In this document: positions 20,305-27,482 of the stretch, piece by piece
Position numbering within the stretch: position 1 is the stretch's first letter
How the letters are laid out: every line of letters starts with the position of its first letter
Assembly: GCA_030141605.1 (NCBI GenBank)
Contig: JAQGDQ010001732.1
Span: forward strand, 1-27,482
DNA: 27,482 nt
DNA from: Tubiluchus corallicola
Lineage: Eukaryota > Animalia > Priapulida
Direction: 5' to 3'
The notes under the pieces: generated by a model
Told to the model about the DNA's origin: nothing
The model's input: only the letters and a program-made list of their open reading frames with translations
Database searches by the model: none
Program-made: the position numbers and the translations under genes

Positions 20305-21012
20305 ATGGGCAGTGGAAGTTCATTAACATGCACAAACACGAAAGCAGTGATCGTGGATGCGGAAACTACGTCATCAATTTTCTCCTCGCGACAGAAGACC
20401 ATCATTCGGAGGTCTTGGCGGCACTTTTCCAAAGACATGACGTCACAAGGCATGAAAGTGTTTCTTCGAATTTTCGAGAAGAACTCGAAGGTAAAAGACT
20501 TATTCAACGTCTCTCATTTGACAGATGAAGAACTTTGCAACGACCTGAACATCCGTAGTCATGCCAACCGCTTCATGCAAAGTGTGGGCGCGGTGGTGGA
20601 CCACATTGACGACCTTGAGGGCCTTGTACCATTGCTGAACGATCTGGGAAGGAGACACATTCGGTTCAAAGCCTTCACACCCATCTACTTCCACGCGTTC
20701 ACCGAGTCAATGATGCACACGTGGGAGGAGGAATTGGGGGACAAGTTCACGGAGGATGTGTCTTCCATGTGGAGAAATGTCTTCGAATTCATCATGGTGC
20801 AACTGAAGGAAGGTTATAGCATGGAAGTGCAGGCCGAGAATCTTAGAAGAAAAAAAATTGAAATGGAATCTCAGTTAAACGTGAAAAATCAAACTAATTT
20901 AATTGCAGAAGATAATGGAGACTTGGTGAACAATGGTGCAGCTCAAGAGGCGAAACCTTTTCGTAGGTTTTTGCGAAAGGTTAGCTCCATCAGAGCGCCT
21001 ACAGAAAAATAA
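20305..21012 (+). CDS. Globin 2: neuroglobin/globin X-like with predicted N-myristoylation (MGSGSS) and a ~60-aa C-terminal extension; single-exon CDS
   Basis: 235 aa: FSSRQKTIIRRSW (A helix), GMKVFLRIFE (B), KDLF (Phe CD1), distal His in IRSHANRFMQSVG, proximal His in LGRRH, H-helix MWRNVFEFIMVQLKEGY. Clearly paralogous to globin 1. Confidence 0.95.
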   Translation: MGSGSSLTCTNTKAVIVDAETTSSIFSSRQKTIIRRSWRHFSKDMTSQGMKVFLRIFEKNSKVKDLFNVSHLTDEELCNDLNIRSHANRFMQSVGAVVDHIDDLEGLVPLLNDLGRRHIRFKAFTPIYFHAFTESMMHTWEEELGDKFTEDVSSMWRNVFEFIMVQLKEGYSMEVQAENLRRKKIEMESQLNVKNQTNLIAEDNGDLVNNGAAQEAKPFRRFLRKVSSIRAPTEK

Positions 21013-21032
21013 GATCACACCTCCTCGTTTTG

Positions 21033-21612
21033 GGAACTTCACTTTATATCTATGACGTGCGCATTGTTAGGCTGAGGGGATGAAGTAGTTTTCTAAAGAC
21101 AATGCCACTTTATATCTATGACGTGCGCATAGCTAGGCTGAGTGGATGAAGTAGTTTTCTAAAGACAATGTCACTTTATATCTATGACGTGCGCATTGTT
21201 AGGCTGAGTGGATGAAGTAGTTTTCTAAAGACAATGTCACTTTATATCTATGACGTGCGCATTGTTAGGCTAAGTGGATGAAGTAGTTTTCTAAAGACAA
21301 TGTCACTTTATATCTATGACGTGTGCATTGTTAGGCTGAGTGGATGACGTAGTTTTCTAAAGACAATGTTACAAGGAACTTCACTTTATATCTATGACGT
21401 ATGCATTGTTAGGCTGAGTGGATGACGTAGTTTTCTAAAGACAATGTTACAAGGAACTTCACTTTATATCTATGACGTATGCATTGTTAGGCTGAGTGGA
21501 TGACGTAGTTTTCTAAAGACAATGTTACAAGGAACTTCACTTTATATCTATGACGTGCGCATTGTTAGGCTGAGTGGATGACGTAGTTTTCTAAAGACAA
21601 TGTTACAAGGAA
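21033..21612. repeat. Minisatellite in the presumptive globin-2 3' UTR: 8 units (4 x 66 bp, then 4 x ~78 bp)
   Basis: CACTTTATATCTATGACGTGCGCATTGTTAGGCTGAGTGGATGA(A/C)GTAGTTTTCTAAAGACAATG at 21040, 21106, 21172, 21238, 21304, 21382, 21460 and 21538. The longer units carry an extra TACAAGGAACTT. Confidence 0.95.
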
Positions 21613-22649
21613 AAACGTCGTGAACGTGACATTTGTAAACTGCAATTGTTCAAAATCAAAAGCTGTATACTTTTTTACTGAAAGTTTGATAAATGTGAAA
21701 GTGTATAAATGTGTATTACTAGAAATTGCCACTTTATTTTAGTCAGTTATTATGTTTTCACAACAAGTTTGTTGTGATGTCCTATAGGGTCTTATAACAC
21801 GCTTTTTCAACTTTTCTTTACTCTCTATTTTCTTTACAATTTGTTTGTGATCTATTAGCCACGCCACAAACGAATGTTATATTACATTCATAACCTAAAC
21901 AAAAATGCAAGTATTCTTGTATGAGACAAGCCTGTCATTTTCAACAGGCACACAGGATTTACACGTGAACTTGAACATTTTACATACAGCGATGTGGCTA
22001 TTCAAACGACGTTGCTCTGATATTGCTCTATATAAGTGGATCAGACCACAGTGCCTTTGTCTACGCCCACGCACGGGCTGACGTCACAGCAAAATGACAA
22101 CACAAACAGGCTAACATTTTTTACAAAAGATCATTAAAGAAGGAAATTCTCTTTTCACTGAACATTCTGAATGATCGTTCAAGTATAACAGCACTAGGAG
22201 GAACTAGATTTTTTTGTGAAAGTAAAGAAATGAATTTAAATTATCCCGTAGAAGAAACACTAATAATTATGTAATCTACTGGCGTGAATTAACTATTGAA
22301 GGTTTCACTAGAAATGAACTGAATGAGATGCCTTTATATTTAATAACTAACTAATTCATAATTGTACATATTGTATTATTTTTTGTATATATTTCTAGCG
22401 TTATTAATTATCTATATCGTATTGTGTAATGAATTTATTTGCAAAATATATGATTTATATGATATACATACAAAAATATATAATTATGACATATTTATAA
22501 ATATATAACTATATATATATATATGTATACATATATATGTGTATATGTACGTATGTATGTATGTACTTCCATCATGCAACACTCCAGGTTTTTTTGTACA
22601 AAATAAAGTGTTATTCGAAGCATGCTGAAATAAATAGTAATTAATTAAT

Positions 22650-22865
<216 letters not shown>

Positions 22866-23540
22866 CTAAAGCCACGCAGAAACAATTTGTCTTGCTTGCT
22901 TTGGACAAACAAACTCGACATTATCACAAAATCACATTCAGACAAACTGTTATAAGATCCAAGCACGTGGTTTATGACATCGTAAACTCTCATTCTACTC
23001 AATATAGTCACTTTGATGAAATATTAAGCGATATTACTTTGTCAGATATCAGGCAGGTATCAGGTTATAAAATGTACCAGGTATTAAGTGGTAAATAACT
23101 AAATCATGGAGAGTGAGAGAGAGTGAGGTGTGAGGTTTATTACTAATGACAGCAAGGATTGTGCTCTAAGCATCTTTTAAAATTTATTATTTATTACTTA
23201 TTAGGAACAAAAATAAATATATACATTTTATACATGATAAATGTAAACAGTAAGATTACATATCTATGGCCTACTACTGTGTGCCATAGATCACAGCAAA
23301 GAACTAAATCCTCGTATAGATCATTGCCTGTCATCCATCAAATACGGCTTTCATTATTGCGGTTTACCAGCTTTCCAAAAATCAATAATTTTGCAATCAA
23401 ATTATTGGTATACCCTGACATTTAGGGCTTGTTCACATTGATGCGGCGACGGTAATGATTCATACTACAGATTCCGCGCAGCTGTTGAAAGCGACTCCGC
23501 ATAAAGTAGTTTCACACGATCTAGCATAAACTAGAGCCAC

Positions 23541-24190
23541 CGCACAGTACGCACAACGCGCCGTTAGGTAACAACTAGGCTCATTTTTCACAGTGAGGAC
23601 GCACAGTACGCACAACGCGCCATTTGGTAACAACTAGACTCATTTCACAGTGAGGACGCGCAGTACGCACAACGCGCCGTTAGGTAACAACTAGGCTCAT
23701 TTCACAGTGAGGACGCACAGTACGCACAACGCGCCGTTAGGTAACAACTAGACTCATTTCATAGTGAGGACGCACAGTACGCACAATGCGCCGTTCGGTA
23801 ACAACTAGACTCACTTCACAGTGAGGACGCGCAGTACGCATAACGCGCCGTTAAGTAACAACTAGGCTCATTTTCCACAGTGAGGACGCACAGTACGCAC
23901 AACGCGCCGCCGTTAGGTAACAACTAGACTCATTTCACAGTGAGGACGCGCAGTACGCACAACGTGCCGTTCGGTAACAACTAGACTCATTTCACAGAGA
24001 GGACGCACAGTAGGATGTCTCCTGGAAAAATTCCTTACTGCATTCCTCACGAAAATGGAACACATTGTTCTCGAGGACTCGCGGCAAAATTCCTCATGCA
24101 GTTCCTCGAGAGGTTTTTTGCTGCCAATTAGAAGCTGTGCGTCTTCCTCATGAGTTAGAACCTGTGCGTCCTCCTCGTGAGAAATTTTCG
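23541..24190 (+). mobile_element. Second, partial copy of the 15151-15901 MITE family, with its left junction tandemly amplified (8 x ~57 bp, 23541-24012)
   Basis: Each unit contains TA+G(G/A)CTCATTTCACAGTGAGGACG, the family TIR. 24045-24185 (CTCACGAAAATGGAACACATTGTT..CGCGGCA..ATTCCTC.TGCAGTT..TAGAAGC..TGCGTCCTCCTCGTGAG) matches 15537-15660. Confidence 0.75.
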
Positions 24191-24889
24191 GTCAAGCAAT
24201 AAGCATTAAAAATTGAAACTTCTTTGGCAGAACTGATGCTGATGATTGTATAAAGTAAAAATACATAAGAATTGAAAATCCTCGTACACAGCTTTCTGTA
24301 TATATTCCCTCTGCAATTAAAATATTCCCTCTTTTAACACGCACCACTCTAAGTGGTCACATTATGCTGCTCTTTGTGAAATCTGATTCTTTTCCACTTT
24401 CTACAGCCAAACAGGTCGCTTGATCTACTAAGCCATTAAAAAATTTAACTTTTGCCAAAAAATTTGAAAGCTATGCCATTTCGCTCGGTCTGTAACATTA
24501 CTGTAATAAATTACGGTCCATTAATTTTCAAATAAGCTGGCTAGCCTTTTATAACATTTGGTATTCACACGGTTTTTTTTACAATTTGTGCTTACAAGAC
24601 TTACATTTTGTACAAAATTATATAAAACATTTTAATGTAATGTTGCGTCACTCTGCGTATTTAACTGATCTCTTGTAGTTTAAAATTTTGTGCATATTTT
24701 TATTATATTATTTGTATATATTTGTAGTAATATGTACTCTTTTTAGTAATATATTCTTTTAATAATACATGTCATATAGTGTGTCTCAGTTGTTGGGCAA
24801 ATTTAAACTTTTATATAGTACTTTTATGTGCTGAAATAATTTTTAAATAATAAATTAGATTTCATGGAAAAATCGTAATTATATGAGGA

Positions 24890-25345
24890 TAGGTCTGGTT
24901 GTTCTGCCTACGATATGTTTTGTAATTTCATTAGTTAGTAATATAGTTGGGCAAATATTTCTGTCTGTTGTTGTTTTTGTAATTTCACAAAATAACAATG
25001 TTGTTAGTCTAGTAGTTCTGACTATTGTTGTTTTTGTATATCCACAAACTAACAATGTTGTTAGTCTAGCAGTTCTGACTATTGTTGTTTTTGTAATTTC
25101 ACAAACTGACAATGTTGTTAATCTAGTAGCTCTGACTATTGTTATTTTTGTAATTCCGCAAACTAACAATGTTGTTAGTCTAGTAGTTCTGACTATTGTT
25201 GTTTTTGTAATTTCACAAACTGAGAATGTGGTTAGTCGAGTAGTTTTGACTATTGTTGTTTTTGTAAATCCACAAACTAACAATGTCGTTAGCCCAGTAG
25301 TTCTAACTATTGTGTGTTTTTTGTAATTTTGCTAGATAACAATGT
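24890..25345. repeat. Minisatellite, ~7-8 x 57 bp, degenerate at the ends
   Basis: Unit GTTGTTTTTGTAATTTCACAAACTAACAATGTTGTTAGTCTAGTAGTTCTGACTATT. The 19-codon period yields ORFs on both strands. Confidence 0.9.
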
Positions 25346-25868
25346 GCTGGATTCTGCTCATAATGAAAAGAACAGATTATCCTGATGTATCTCTTTACCT
25401 ATTTCTACCTGTAGCAGATTCATTATTGCAGAAATGGCTTCATCCCTCCTTGTAATACGATGGGCTTCTTTAAACGTCTGACGAACAGAAGAGCGAGGAA
25501 AGTGTGGAGGTAATTTCTCTAGGGATTACAGAAACGAACCAGGAGACAACGTAATTTCACATGAAAGTAAAAGCTGTGATGTCCGTAACAAGCTCGTGTA
25601 GTTTCAGATTACAACGAAAGTTATTAGATTCATGTTGTTGTGTAAGAAAATTATATTTCCCGTATCCACTCAGCTGTGTACCCCAACTCATCAGCTAATG
25701 GAGATTTTGGAGACTCTTTTCTCGTAGTTACAATCATCACTGCTTCGTTTGTAAATCGTATGTAAGCCTATTACGAATTTAGCTATAAGTTCTATTTAAA
25801 CAGTTTTTTTGTGAAATTAAAATGCAATGTTTAATAACGAAAAATTGGCTTTTTTACCTGATGTAAGC

Positions 25869-26258
<390 letters not shown>

Positions 26259-26490
26259 CTTTATTTTAAAGTCAGCTTTTGGGTCAACAATTAACATTAG
26301 CTCAAAGAGCTATTATCGCGGACTGTAAATAACAACCTGCAACTACATAACAGAGACTATTATTACCCCACTTTTACCCTAAAGGCAGGCAGGTACCATT
26401 TTTAAAGTCTTTGGTATGACCCGGCCGCTGGTCCGAACTCACGACCTCCCAGACGGAAAGCAGACGCATTACCACTAGACTAAACGGTAA
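26259..26490 (-). mobile_element. tRNA-derived SINE, apparently near full length, with a simple-repeat tail
   Basis: The minus strand reads TAGTCTAGTGG (A box), GAGTTCGGACC (B box), CGGGTCATACCAAAGACTTTAAAAATGGTAC (core shared with 11893-11989), and ends ..AAAATAAAG(ATT)n. Confidence 0.8.
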
Positions 26491-27482
26491 AGCAGAGTAA
26501 AAAATAATAAAAAACAACAGCAACTATTTGTGTTAGAATTACTGTCTCAAGAAATAGTCAAATATTTTAAAATTTCATATAGTCCAGACTTCCTAAAGAA
26601 ATAAAAATACTTGTCTTCCATAGTCCATGAAATTTCATTTTGTAAATGTAGCAACTGCCGACTGATTGTCAGGGATATTAATCATTTTATCAGTAATGAG
26701 ACGTGGCATTTTTACTCTAAACTCCTTGCAAGAACAAACAATTCCAAGGATATATACAGCTCTTTAGAAAGAGGAAGAACAGGGCTACACGATGATGTGG
26801 GCTATATTTTAGGACACGTCCACCAAAAGGAGTACCGACGAGTTAATTAGATGTTCTATTTTTGGCAATTTTTGCTTGGAAAACTGCTGACGCAATGCCA
26901 TTGTTCTGACGTCATCCATTACACTCTGCTTATAACTTTAATTCAGTAAAAGCTGCTGCTGGCTTTACGTTGTAAATGAGGACTATGTAGGCTGTTCGCG
27001 TATTTTTGATTATAATTGTATTTATACGCAAAATTTTTTGCGGGGCCTTTGCTAGTCCCATAATTAAAGTGAAACAATACTGAGCTTGCAGAACAAAATA
27101 ATGAATAATGTGATTACTGTTATTTAAACACCTCAAATAAAACTTGATAATTTATTTATAATTTATAATTTATTGAGTGGAAGTACATTAACAAAATTAT
27201 ACGGTCATTAATTACAAAGTACCAGACAAAACAAATATAAGTACAAGGTTGCGCATTACCAAACAAAAAACAAAAATAACATCAAACGCTGATGTGTCAA
27301 CAACACAACTTCAACACACTAAAATTGATAACTTAGTTAACAATCCAATTAAAAATCTTTTCTGGAATTGTTTATGAAGAGGCAGAATATCATTTACAAT
27401 CAGAATTTCTACGTGTTCTGTAATGGAGATGCCACAGTTTTCACACAACTACTTTGCTCTCATCATAGAATGCTTAGCGTTG

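Noticed and set aside
24879-25326. Thr-rich (minus) and Val-rich (plus) 19-aa repeat ORFs as a mucin-like or membrane protein
   Set aside because: They arise from a 57-bp minisatellite whose period is divisible by 3. The frame breaks at the array edge (~25310-25326) and there is no unique flanking domain. Coding status is not excluded but is unsupported.
27140-27482. 3' end of a neighbouring minus-strand gene (AATAAA near 27153 and 27169)
   Set aside because: No recognisable coding sequence within the window, and the hexamers are expected by chance in AT-rich DNA.

Overview
AT-rich (roughly 35% GC by eye) animal genomic DNA, most likely an invertebrate. A lophotrochozoan is plausible from the globin type and SINE core, but this cannot be proven from the sequence. 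It is not prokaryotic and has no CRISPR array. The window holds five genes whose coding sequences are each a single uninterrupted ORF. Three are tandem, diverged phospholipid scramblase (PLSCR-family) genes on the minus strand (1848-2675, 4962-5684, 7148-8041). Two are divergently oriented globins with N-terminal MGSGxS myristoylation motifs (10876-11508 minus, 20305-21012 plus; neuroglobin/globin X-like, probably membrane-anchored). The rest is two tRNA-derived SINE copies, several non-autonomous inverted-repeat elements (some seeding 57-78 bp minisatellites), microsatellites and a long GA tract. The most notable observations are: (1) two normally intron-containing, lipid-acylated membrane protein families sit together, all with intronless CDSs; (2) all three scramblases carry a CxC in place of the first Asp of the PLSCR Ca2+-binding motif; (3) an orphan copy of the globin-1 3' region lies among the scramblases; (4) a HRE/CRE-containing minisatellite begins right after the globin-2 stop codon. 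Any functional link between the scramblases and globins is a hypothesis only.
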